Assembly (NCBI GenBank): GCA_032718475.1
Contig: JAUCBJ010002429.1
Location: 62,001 to 126,000, forward strand
DNA: 64,000 bases
Source: Nemertoderma westbladi
Taxonomy: Eukaryota; Animalia; Xenacoelomorpha
Direction: 5' to 3'
Made by a program: the position numbers and the translations under genes. The notes under the pieces were generated by a model. It did no database searches. It was not told where the DNA came from and saw only the letters and a program-made list of their open reading frames with translations. Positions 23,501 through 33,400 of this stretch are shown here, piece by piece. Position 1 is the first letter of the stretch, and every line of letters starts with the position of its first letter.

Positions 23501-25784
23501 CCGAATTGTATATGTTTGGGCCCTCTAGTAGGTAATCGTTTAAGCACTTTCCGTCGGTCTTTGCCGATGCATCGACTACCATCCTAAGTTTACCTTTCTT
23601 TGGGTCTAAAGCTACGTGGAGTGGCAGGTAGTATGTCCTGTCCGTGTTCGGTTCGTCGACCGGTAACTCCACGGCCCATCCTTTCTCGACGTACTTCTTA
23701 ATGGTTTTGTGAATGTACTCGTTCTTCTCGGGGCTCCGTTGTAGTGTTTGTTTCAGCTTGCGGAGTCTCGTGAGTACCATCCCTCTATTATCGGGTAGCG
23801 GTATCTTCGGTAGTTTCCACACCATTCCTATTGTATACCGCCCCTCATCACACGTCATCGTTTCCTCCACACTTTGTAAAGCCTGCTTGTCTTCTACCGA
23901 GGTCCCGACTCCGGTCTCTTTCAGTCCCTCGAAGTCCTGCCTGAGCAGTCTTTTAAGCTGCTCCTCTGCTCCCTCGTCACCCATTTCCTGCATTGTTCCC
24001 GCGAACATGCATCCTGATGTCTCCGACATCCTGAATGGTATCTTGCTCTTAATTGGACCACTCAGCGTCCACCCGAATGGCGTTAATATGGCCACCGGGT
24101 CGCTCTGCTTGTCTTCGCCGAAGACCGTTTGCATTCTCTCGTGGGCCGTTGGGCAGTCCATGCCTACTATGATGGATACCTTCCTAACGTCCACGTTTGG
24201 GATTGAGAAGTCAATGTTATCCAGGAATTTGTATTGCTCGACCTCGATGTTGGTTGGCCGCCTGGCATTGATGTTAATTGACTCTATTACTTGGATGGGG
24301 TCGATGGTTGCCCCATAATCGCATCCTGGTGCCACTGCTGCAATTGCGCACCGTCCTGTCCTCATCTCTAGGATCTCGTCTTTACTAGAGATGGTTGTCA
24401 CCGCCATCCTGCTTGGCCTCGTTCTCAACCCTATTTCTTCGGCTACCCATTCCTCAACTAATGTGAAGGCAGCTCCACTATCAACCAGCATTAGTGTTGT
24501 TACTGATCGATTGCCTTCCCCGATCACTCGTACTGGTACTACTCCAAGTAGCACTGTTCCTCTCTTCTTCGCCCCTATTGTGCTTGTTGCCATCGTCTGG
24601 CCTCTCCTTTGGCCAAACTTGACCGGCTTCTCTTGGCATTCCCTGGCCTTGTGTCCACTCTTCACACATCGCGAGCAGATTTTATTGCTCGACGCGTAAT
24701 CTATCTGGTCTTGCCTCGGTAGCGCCTGCCAGTACCTGCAGTTCATGGTTTTATGAAGCGCATTTGCGTGTAACTGGCATTTGCTCTTTGGGTCATAGCC
24801 CTCTTTATACAATGCATTGCGTATCGCAGTTATATTCGTACCAAAGTCCCTACTATTCTTATTGACTGGGTTTGACCTACTGGACGTACTGGGGTTATGT
24901 TTATTCATGTTGTTATTGTTCCCCTGTCCGTCCCTTGATGTTGTCTTATCTTCGCTTGTCTGTGGACTTGCAGTCCCCTGCGTCGCTGCATATGGCAATG
25001 ATTGCCTGAGTCTCGGTAACGCGTTCGATGTATTGTGCTCTGGTTTGGGCCTGTAATGATCTGTCTTTGGTCCCTTTCCCAGGCTATCTTCACTATAAAC
25101 TGGGTCCGTTATTAGTTCAGCCTCGTAATTTAAGAAGTTTGACATTTCTTCTAAACCTGGTTCCGCACCCTTCTTGTCTCGGGTGGAGAAAGCGACCTTC
25201 CTCCATTTGTTGCGCAGCCAGCTCGGTAGTGCCTGCGCTATCGTGGTGATGTTATTGGACGCGTTGAGTTCGTATGGCGCGTCTAACGTCTTCAGCACGA
25301 TCAGCGCCTTCTCGACTTTGTTAGCAAACGTCTTAATGCTAACGGGATTATCCTGTAGGCCACCCGATGTTATGCCTCTCAGCGTCTGCCTGATGATCTT
25401 GGCCGGGTGCCCGTATTCCCTATCCAGTGCCCGCCATGCTGTCGTGAAGCCGCCCTCTATTCCTTGGTATTGCCTCACGATATCGTATGCTGGGCCTCCC
25501 GTGTACACTTGTAGATACTTTAGGCACTCCGCCTGCGTCAAGTTTTTTGTTAGTATTTCGTTACTATACATTCGCCGAAACTGTAAGTATTCTTCCGGCC
25601 TGCTCCCATCGAATTTGAACGGTTCCACGGGTGGTAATTCGATCCTCGTTTTCAACGCATCGATCAACGTGGCCATCCCCATTGCCTGCGCTTCTAATGG
25701 ATTCGACGGGTGCTGTATAGTTTCCCTTGTCTGGTGCGGTTCGTCCGTCCTATTTCTTGATCTTCTCTGACTCGGATATGTCAT
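20574..25784 (-). CDS. BEL/Pao gag core-protease-RT-RNase H-integrase of B, 1736 aa
   Basis: FKFDG..EY..F gag core; CSRCVKSGHKAREC; LVDSGA; FYVDDG; HMFSDAS; NPADLLSRG; H..H..CQTC; GVDMFGP; SDNGTNF; ERLVG. Confidence 0.96.
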   Translation of the reverse strand: MTYPSQRRSRNRTDEPHQTRETIQHPSNPLEAQAMGMATLIDALKTRIELPPVEPFKFDGSRPEEYLQFRRMYSNEILTKNLTQAECLKYLQVYTGGPAYDIVRQYQGIEGGFTTAWRALDREYGHPAKIIRQTLRGITSGGLQDNPVSIKTFANKVEKALIVLKTLDAPYELNASNNITTIAQALPSWLRNKWRKVAFSTRDKKGAEPGLEEMSNFLNYEAELITDPVYSEDSLGKGPKTDHYRPKPEHNTSNALPRLRQSLPYAATQGTASPQTSEDKTTSRDGQGNNNNMNKHNPSTSSRSNPVNKNSRDFGTNITAIRNALYKEGYDPKSKCQLHANALHKTMNCRYWQALPRQDQIDYASSNKICSRCVKSGHKARECQEKPVKFGQRRGQTMATSTIGAKKRGTVLLGVVPVRVIGEGNRSVTTLMLVDSGAAFTLVEEWVAEEIGLRTRPSRMAVTTISSKDEILEMRTGRCAIAAVAPGCDYGATIDPIQVIESININARRPTNIEVEQYKFLDNIDFSIPNVDVRKVSIIVGMDCPTAHERMQTVFGEDKQSDPVAILTPFGWTLSGPIKSKIPFRMSETSGCMFAGTMQEMGDEGAEEQLKRLLRQDFEGLKETGVGTSVEDKQALQSVEETMTCDEGRYTIGMVWKLPKIPLPDNRGMVLTRLRKLKQTLQRSPEKNEYIHKTIKKYVEKGWAVELPVDEPNTDRTYYLPLHVALDPKKGKLRMVVDASAKTDGKCLNDYLLEGPNIYNSGIEVLLRFRNGKHAFTCDIEGMFNQVRVTEEDSDSQRFLWYNGEEEPPVIPAYKMVVQNMGAKSSSFTTTMAVRDTVKGKEDRYSSRAVDMIRRGFYVDDGMESGNTVEEILETGREVRDILKGSGFNLTKFQSSSEEFIREIEDKKPESTMDNPTTAKGQDMAIKRTESQQKALGIVWDRKTDELKYQLSQEGADTHTKRGYVSYIARIYDPLGLASPLLVTGKQILKRVYKLKDEWDVEVPEDIKKQWSKWTGDLERMGTYNMPRVYFPDGNMTNLDLHMFSDASLEAYGAALYLVQREGPHKPRLAFSKAKSTPPDSASVPKLELTAARLGVRATAYLVDTIPNIVETHYWTDSMVVLGWLHNEKTRYPIFVANRVDEIRASTELERWHYCPTDENPADLLSRGVERHTFLKKEALWQHGPQFLSDREAWPPMRKVDPGSEVVSEGEEGDSEGEEIYSQMVREIRDVQPGRELCDNPTDKLLSYSSSWYKTKKLVAYWRAFGNFLAGVGKDKKTRTTIDLEGAAKAVIRYEQRKNYGDEVERVGNQQHLRRDSELITLSPQLNEDGILVMNSRVGYNNSIVVPPKPIIIPTGSPIVHQIIWDSHKSILHGGTNRTLTEIRRTYWVKQLRKKVKAVVGQCQTCRRAKKERAVQEMAPLPASRVRQHDPPFTHCGVDMFGPIKIKVMRHTEKRYGIIFVCNNTRAVGIELAQDATASAFINALERFRDRKGGTIAVIYSDNGTNFVGAESEMAEALDILEGEEVRAAMRRRQVKWERRTPYAPHTLGCVERLVGSSKRLMTKLMNTHMVTEDVLRTVLAKCEGIINSRPLYPENDDPESLDVLTPSHFLMERPATIDMRGVDPDDIHSRQSWKVAKAISAEYWRRWVEEYLPTLHKRSKWRKPNRELREGDLVIVTDDTIINNQWRLARVVGTYSDEDGRVRSVEVRIGGKIGAKDRKTYRRAVGKCCLLEGAP

Positions 25785-25896
25785 CGGGGGTAGCGGCCCC
25801 CTCCATATGTCTGTATCACACGACCTGTTTTCATCTAGGGGTCTCGTTGTTCTTGTTCCTGTCGGGGTATATTGTTGATATTGTGATGGGGGAATG

Positions 25897-28800
25897 TCAC
25901 CCTGTCCCCCCCCCCACCGGTATGTCTGGTACTGGGGTTGATGTTAATATGTTGGGGCCCATACACCTATCCGCAATAATTCCCCCCTCCCCTGGGTATA
26001 TGTTATGTCCCTGCATGCTGTAGTCATACTGCTGTGCTGGTACCGGTATAGGCCTATCAGCTTCTGGCCTACTCGCCGGTATGTATTCCGCGACTTCCGG
26101 GTTTAATCCCGTTGTCCGCGCTATCCTATCGCCTACATTGCCTCTCTCAGTATGGCCTACGGTATGTGCAGTAAGACCTACAGTATGCCCTACAGTCTGC
26201 ATGTGTTGCTCGGGATCGAAGTTTATTCTTCTCGAATAATCCTCCCCGCGGCTACCGTATTCTCGATCGGTAGGTATATTCCGTCGGAAAGTTTCTCTAC
26301 GACCCCCCTCTCCACTGTTTTCATCTTCGTACCGGTACATCGCGTACCCCTCTCTCGGCGTGTAATGCGTCTCACCGGATCGTATCCCTCCGGGGCGACG
26401 GCAATCTCCCGGAGTCCGACCCCATTGACTCTCCGTTCTCATCTCGACTACCGACGGCTCGCTGTCCGTCCTCGCTCTTCTATCGTTTGCGGCGATACTT
26501 CTACTACTGTCTTCCTCTCTTCTCCTATCAGTGGAATATTCCCGCTCACGAGATCTCTCGTCGACCTCCCGGTTAAACCCCACTGTTCTTCTTTCCTCCT
26601 CTGATCGGGCTCGACGCTCCGTCTGCCCTCCCGCGACGTCAACCTGTCCTTCTCTGCTCGATCGCACGTCGCCGGGGATACTCGCAGTCCCCCCATTACT
26701 CTCCGTCGCCGGTTGTTGCGGTTTACCTTGTTCGGCCCTCGCATTGTCCGCTGACGGCTGTGGGACACTCTCTGCCCCCCCCCTCTCGCCGCTAACTTTC
26801 TGTTGTGGGGTGCTCGTAGCCCCCCCCCACTCGCTACATCTAACTTCGCTACCTCTCTCCCCACTATTATATACCTCTCTAGTCGACACATCAACCCTAC
26901 CACGGTCGGGTCTGTTCACCCCCGCCTCTCCCTCTGCTATTGCGTGGCCTTCCAGGCCCTCTGCTCCCTGCCTACCAACTACGCGGCCTACCAGGCCCTC
27001 TGCTCCCTGTCTACTAACTACGTGGCCTACCAGGCCCTCTGCTCCCTGTCTACTAACTACGTGGCCTACCAGGCCCTCTGCTCCCTGGTTACGTAGGCCC
27101 GACGTGTCTACACTAATAGCACCCATATTGGAAACGGAATTAATTTGCTCATTTGAAACAAAATCATTTGTATTATTCTGCGCGACTACGTTATCTGAAT
27201 TATTTTGTAAATTCGGGCTAAAATCATTATTTGAATTATTCGAATTATTCTGTGTAATTGCGTTATTTAAGTTATTTTGTAGGTCCGAATTCGAGTTATT
27301 ATTTTGATTATTTGAATTATTTTGCGTAACTACATCAATATTAGGATTATTTTCTACATTAACACTGGGGTTGTTCTGATTTAAATTTAAATTACTGCCA
27401 CCAGGCAAAGTATTTCCTGTAATAAAGGTTTGATTAGCGTTATCCCATACGGTACTATTAATATCAACAACGTCTACTGTACCATTATTATTATTATTAC
27501 CCCCCCCGCTCGTACGGTCGCACCAGTCTTGAGTCTGTCGTGCGGTCCCTGTCAGTGGAGTATTAACAAATACGTCTACGGCCCTTGGCTCCTCAAAAAT
27601 ACTCGAGCCGGCCCCCCTTTCAGACGGCGGTCCCACTTGCACGTATTCCAACTCGTGCGTCCCTCTAATTATATCTTTCGCATACTCACTCTGCCGTTCC
27701 TTTAATTCCCTATGCTCCCTTTCACCCTTTGCCACTATCCCCTCACGCTCCTGGGTGTCCTTGATGGCCGAGTCTGCGGCACTCTTAATGCTCTCCCTTC
27801 GTCTCGCCCCACGCTCCTTACGTTCCTCTTCCTTCCTCGCCTCACGCTCCTTGCGTTCCTTTTCCTTCCTCGCCTCACGTTCCTTGCGTTCCTTTTCCAT
27901 TTTCGCCTCACGCTCCTCGCGTTCCTTTTCCTCTCTCGCTTCACGCTCCTCGCGTTCCTTTTCCTCTCTCGCTTCACGCTCCCTACACTCCCTTTCCTCT
28001 ATCTCATCATACTCCCTTAGGCTTTTCAAAGCCCTTTCGGCCCTTTCTCCGGTTTCTCTAAGCAATACCGTTTCCCTCTCTAACCGCACTCTTCCCTCCT
28101 CTAGCCGTTCCTTCATTTCTCTCTGACCTTGCTCTGCCATGCTGAGACGGTATGTGACTCCTATTTTTCTCACCGCTCTTTCTTTCGCGGAGGATGTAGC
28201 AGACTTATCGGTTACGACGGACTTCCCTCGCCTTCCCGACCTACTAGCTTTCTCCCCCTTTTCGGAGCTTTCTCCGACCGACGAGGCCGAATCCTCGGTG
28301 TTAGCCTCGGATTCGCCCTCCTCAGGTCCCTTCCAACCCACTGGTTTCACTCCCCGGGCATCGACCAAGTATGGCCCTATGTACACTGGCGCTACGCTAG
28401 GTCCCATACTCCCACACTCCCATAGTTCAAACAGTTCGCCGGCTATCCTTTTTGCTCTCTCCCCGGCCAGTTTTCTCTGCTCAAAACGTATTAGGTAATT
28501 TAAGTGTTTATCCGACTCACCTAGTCGCTTTCTCAGTCTCACCTCGTCTACCTTCGCCCCTTCCTTCTTGGCGTCGTTTATCAGCTTCCGGGTCGCGTTG
28601 TAGGCCCGTCGAAGTCGCTCAGAAACCCCGACGTCCTCGTCGCCGACCTCTCCTCCGTCCCTCCGGGTTCGACGTCGTACCGGCGGCTCCACCGTCGCCG
28701 TTCCGGTGGGCCGTCCGTCGCCCTCGGCCTGTAGCTGGCCGGCGACATCGGTACCGATCTCTCCTCCGTCTCTTCGCGTCCGGCGTCGCACCGTCGGCCC

Positions 28801-29106
28801 CACCGTCGCCGTTTCGGTGGGCCGCCCGTCGCCCTCGGCCGGTAGCTGGCCGGCGACATCGGCGCGCCGTTCTCCCTCTCGTGTCGACTCGCCTCCATCT
28901 CCCTCCATCTCGCTCTCTTTATCCTCCGGCTCGAGTCCCTCTCCTCTCAACTCGGGTTCTGATTCCAGACGGTCCCCCTCGTCTTGGACTTCCGGGTCGC
29001 CCGTTACCGATGGCTCCGGCGTCGTGGGCCTATACCGCCTGGTCGCGGCCTCGCGGATCGTTTGATCTTCGTCCGGGGTCCGCGGTGTCTCGCCCGATTC
29101 ACTCAT
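25897..29106 (-). CDS. N-terminal gag extension of B (charged, coiled-coil and Asn-rich), 1069 aa; probably continuous with the downstream ORF
   Basis: Long ORF just after the 5' LTR. Removing one G from the G10 run at 25906-25915 puts it in frame with 25784..20574 with no stop. Confidence 0.85.
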   Translation of the reverse strand: MSESGETPRTPDEDQTIREAATRRYRPTTPEPSVTGDPEVQDEGDRLESEPELRGEGLEPEDKESEMEGDGGESTREGERRADVAGQLPAEGDGRPTETATVGPTVRRRTRRDGGEIGTDVAGQLQAEGDGRPTGTATVEPPVRRRTRRDGGEVGDEDVGVSERLRRAYNATRKLINDAKKEGAKVDEVRLRKRLGESDKHLNYLIRFEQRKLAGERAKRIAGELFELWECGSMGPSVAPVYIGPYLVDARGVKPVGWKGPEEGESEANTEDSASSVGESSEKGEKASRSGRRGKSVVTDKSATSSAKERAVRKIGVTYRLSMAEQGQREMKERLEEGRVRLERETVLLRETGERAERALKSLREYDEIEERECREREAREEKEREEREAREEKEREEREAKMEKERKEREARKEKERKEREARKEEERKERGARRRESIKSAADSAIKDTQEREGIVAKGEREHRELKERQSEYAKDIIRGTHELEYVQVGPPSERGAGSSIFEEPRAVDVFVNTPLTGTARQTQDWCDRTSGGGNNNNNGTVDVVDINSTVWDNANQTFITGNTLPGGSNLNLNQNNPSVNVENNPNIDVVTQNNSNNQNNNSNSDLQNNLNNAITQNNSNNSNNDFSPNLQNNSDNVVAQNNTNDFVSNEQINSVSNMGAISVDTSGLRNQGAEGLVGHVVSRQGAEGLVGHVVSRQGAEGLVGRVVGRQGAEGLEGHAIAEGEAGVNRPDRGRVDVSTREVYNSGERGSEVRCSEWGGATSTPQQKVSGERGGAESVPQPSADNARAEQGKPQQPATESNGGTASIPGDVRSSREGQVDVAGGQTERRARSEEERRTVGFNREVDERSREREYSTDRRREEDSSRSIAANDRRARTDSEPSVVEMRTESQWGRTPGDCRRPGGIRSGETHYTPREGYAMYRYEDENSGEGGRRETFRRNIPTDREYGSRGEDYSRRINFDPEQHMQTVGHTVGLTAHTVGHTERGNVGDRIARTTGLNPEVAEYIPASRPEADRPIPVPAQQYDYSMQGHNIYPGEGGIIADRCMGPNILTSTPVPDIPVGGGTG

Positions 29107-29185
29107 CTCGTCTGCTCGGTGGAGTTCGACTAGCTAGGGTGGAGTTCTTTGAGTTTAACTAGGGCGGCAGCTCGGTTTTAGTTAC

Positions 29186-29723
29186 TGTGACGGGATCCAA
29201 GAGGGATCCCGATTTATCCGGTTGTGGTAATTTAGTCCACGCGTCCCCGCCGTGTATAAGGATGAAATAAAGTGACTGAGTTCTGAAGTTCGGTGTATAA
29301 TAGGAGGTTATAAGATATAGATATGTTGTGAATGTGTACAAGGCGGGATACGGTAACTAAAGTCCCGTGATCCCCTAACTAAACTAATTGGCTGTACCCT
29401 ACGCTAGCACTGCTGCACTGGTATAACTGAATCACTGATTAATAGGTTATTGGTTATATTGCACGGTGGCCTTACTGCTACTCAATCGATGCCATTCCCC
29501 CCTCTGATTGGTTAATACCCTTGTTGGCGCCCCGTGGAGTATTCCCGTTCACTCCACCTGTTCTCCTTGGGTTAGGGGTTTGGCCCCTGACCCTCTATTG
29601 TGTGCTTCCTTCCCATTCTTATTGGGATGGCGCGAGTTGGTTAATTACCCAATCTCGCGGCTCCCAATATTGCTTATCGGCTAATAACTTTATGGGGTGT
29701 TGGCGGGATTGAATAAGCTAACA
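29186..29723 (-). repeat. 5' LTR of element B
   Basis: Direct repeat of 16045-16582; several CCAAT boxes on the minus strand. Confidence 0.97.
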
Positions 29724-30482
29724 ATTTGTAATTAAATTTTTGTGTTTATTTAGAGATTGTAATCTCAACCAGAATTGTACGTAATTTGTAGTATTAAGTA
29801 ACTTAGTTAAATTAGAATTATTTGTTTTAGTGTCCAACAAGTAGCACTCCACTGAGAGCGCACAGCTTATGTGTAGTGACTCCCCCAGAAATAATAACAT
29901 TTATTTCAACATTGACAAAAACCCATTTCAACGGGTATATATATATTATAAATCAACTCAAACGATTTATAAATAGTAGGCCTGCCATACAACAATTAGG
30001 TCTCAATATCAGTTGGACTACTGCTTAAATAACGGTAATAAAGTAAGTTAAAGTAACCAAGTAACCCTTAAAATTCAGAAATTCAATTATTTAAAATAAT
30101 TGATATACCGGTATTTACAATAGGCTTATTATCTTTATTTTCATAAACTTAGGCTGAAATCATACCGGTATTCTGTAATTAATTTTAGTTAATAATTATA
30201 CTTATATATACTATAAGTGTAAACTGCATACCGGTATCCACGATAGGCCTATTATATATTTATATATTTGTGCTGAAATCATACCGGTATTCTGTAATGA
30301 ATTCTAGTTACTAATAATACTTATATATACTATAAGCATACCGGTATTCTAATATTATATATATATCACGCTACACTGAGTAGCAGTATCGGTAATTAAT
30401 TACTAGGTTAGCAGTTAATGCTGAATTACTAGACTTGCTTAGACTGTAATATAGCAGTAGGCATTCAACTGTGTAAACAAAC

Positions 30483-33400
30483 ATGTCTGATACTAAGCAG
30501 AACCTGTCAGACAGTTTATTAGATGCAACTATTTGCGACTCAGATAAGGGTGTAGAACCGTCTACACCTAAGTTCAGTTCACCTCCCACTGTGAGGAAGG
30601 TCATCCCTCCAGTAGTAATAACAGAACCTAGGCTGGTCCAACACCATAGGTCTATCATAGGCACTCGAGCCCAGGTCAAGCGGGACCAAGAAGCAGCGGA
30701 ACAGCAACAACCCGCGAGCCAAGAACTTATTTCTCAGCGGCCCAACAGCTCCAGTAGTGAGGATACTGTAGAGCTGACACCCGAGCGCGGAGCAAAGATG
30801 ACGGATGCGGTTTATTCGGATCCCCTTCTCATCCTTCCTGCAGCCGTACTCACTAGGATATTGATCGCGGTGGAAGAACACCAGATCGATTGGGCGAGAA
30901 GTAAGCGATCGACTAAAGATAGTTATGCGGGATACACAAAGGAAGAACTGAAATCTATTGTCGAGTCGCAATGGAACTTCCCCGGACCCGGACTCCCGTT
31001 TGATTTATCAGAAGCTGCCTGGGAAGACATACACCGGATGGGAGTAGCCAAGGAAACCATCGATCCAGCTGTGTGGAAGAGGTCCGCAGCCGGATACGCA
31101 CAGGGATTCTTCAGCTCTATGGAGCGAGTAAAAGAACAACTGTTTCAACAACCTCAAGGACCTCAAGAGCAGGGACAACTGCTTTATCAAGTTAGAGAAA
31201 GAATTCTGCGAATTAGGCTAATCTTATCGGCCTTTGAGGAGGCTTCTAAAAGAAGACAAGACACGTCGTTGCAAGTTGCCGTAAAGACTTGGTTTCAACG
31301 GGTGAGTCTCCAAGTTCAAGGAACGGCTCAGTGGAAAGCTCAGCTGGAGGAGCGCTCAACCCATGGAGAATCAACAGACGCTACTTTTTCCCAAGTGGAA
31401 AGTGAAGCGACGGCAGAGAACCCGCATAAGAGGGATGCCATTGATATCTATCTGTCAGACTATCAACGTTTCTTAGGTGATGAAGAGTTGAGGAGAAGGT
31501 TGGATGGACTTAACCCTAATAGTGAAGGAGCACAGCGTGTGCTTGACGCCATCGACGTGGATAGGTTAGCGGCGAACCAAGCTAAATTCGATGAACGACT
31601 CCGCATCGCTAGAGACCAAGAAGAAAAGGTGAAGAAAAAACGCATAGAAGACAGAAAGAAAGCAGCAGTAGCAGCTGCAGAAGCCGAAAGGAAAGCAGCC
31701 GAAGAGGAAAGTAAAGCAGCCGAAATGGAAAGAAAAGCGGCCGCGGCAGAGGCAGAAGCGAAAAGAAAAGCGGCAGCGGCAGAGGCAGAAGCGAAAAGAA
31801 AAGCAGCCGAAATGGAAAGAAAAGCGACAATGGCAGCGGCAGAAGCAGAGCGGATAGCGGCTGAAGAGATCGCCCAATTAGAATTGGAAAATATTCAGGA
31901 GAATCAAGACTGCATAAATAAACAGTTAACAGCTAGTAATATGCAGATGATGAATCGATCTACTCCCAAAAGACAGGGATATACATCATCTGAGGAAGGC
32001 GATACCACCGATACTGAAGGCAAAGGAAATAGATCTCACCTAAGCAGACGTAAAAGAACATCCCACCGTCAGAAATTGCCTGATTTGCCTCCAGCTGTTA
32101 GAAGGCAACTAAATAACACCAACTTAGGTAGTACAGAACCCACAGACCAAATAATTACAATAGAGAGACTCCCTACTATAGTAGATGAGCCTGAAATAAT
32201 TAGGCCTGTTCCCGAAGCCACCCTTTCGGTGGTAGAGACACCTGTACTCCCTGAACCTACCTCTAAATTCCCTTTGCACAGTACCAAGCTACCTGTGCCC
32301 AGCAGAACAGCCCATGAGACAGTTCATGCCCTGGACTCCGAGCGAAATATTCATGATTTGTCGCCCGTTGTCCCTCGTCCGCCCGCTACAACGTTGGCGA
32401 ATCCCGCTTCGGCGGTCGAATGGGTGGATGAGAGACGACGGGGGATGGATCTCCTGCTCGGACAGATGCAGGAGACCGTTCAGCAATTCAAGGGCACAGT
32501 AAGGGAAAGTAGGCTAGAGTTGCAAGAAGTGCAGCAAAGTATCGCGCTAGAACGCGATAAATTAGTAAATACACAAAAGGGTATACCACCACCCCCTGTA
32601 ACAATGTGTCAACCTGTTAGGTCTGAAGTATCTCATGCGCAAGGTGTGGAGCCTACACGCATCTATACTGCTAGCGAAGTAGAAACTCCTATAGTGAACC
32701 CTATTAAGGGTAATTATAGACCTGTTGATAATGATATTCCCTATAGACCGGATCATAATCCGAGAAATTTATATACCGATAACTCGATATTAAATAACAC
32801 GATGGCCCAAGAAAGTTTTACGCGTCAAATGGCTAGAACCGAAGCCCGGCAAGCGGTAAAGGTGGGAGAGATCGTCAAGTTCAATGGAGATGAGATGAAA
32901 TGGTTACCTTTTAATGAATATTACAAAGATAACATACAGAACTCTGTGCTATCTAATGGAGAGAAACTTAGATTCCTCATCGAGTGCTTGGAAGGATCTC
33001 CCAAGTTAATGGCGTTAAAGTTTATTGGACATCCAGACGGATTAAGACAAGTTTGGGATACACTAAACATCAGGTATGGTAATAGGAATAACATAGCTGG
33101 GTATTTGTATGCAAAGTTGGTAGCGCCCCGAAAGTTTATTAGCAGCGGAATTATAGAGTTTTCCGATGAGATTCAGGAGATCTGCAGACAATTAGATTGG
33201 CTAGGTAAGTCTCATGAGTATCAGAATGCTATGGTTATTAGAGCAGTGGCTTCTACTTTACCGAAGGGTGGAGTAGGTACACGCTGGGATAAGAAAGTGT
33301 TATATATGATGGAACAACAACGACGAGACCCTACCATGGCTGATCTCATGTCATTCCTAGATGGAGAAGTGAAATTACAGCTCCTAAAATTGTCCAGAGA

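Larger units (their letters stand above)
16045..29723 (-). mobile_element. BEL/Pao LTR retrotransposon B, full length, with extra exonuclease ORF
   Basis: 538-bp TG...CA LTRs (16045-16582, 29186-29723), apparently identical. 5-bp TSD ATTTG at 16040-16044 and 29724-29728. G-rich PPT on minus strand at 16583-16591. gag-pol on minus strand. Confidence 0.97.

Noticed and set aside
20701-29162. Numerous plus-strand ORFs overlapping B gag-pol
   Set aside because: Antisense shadows of a long coding sequence with no recognisable motifs.
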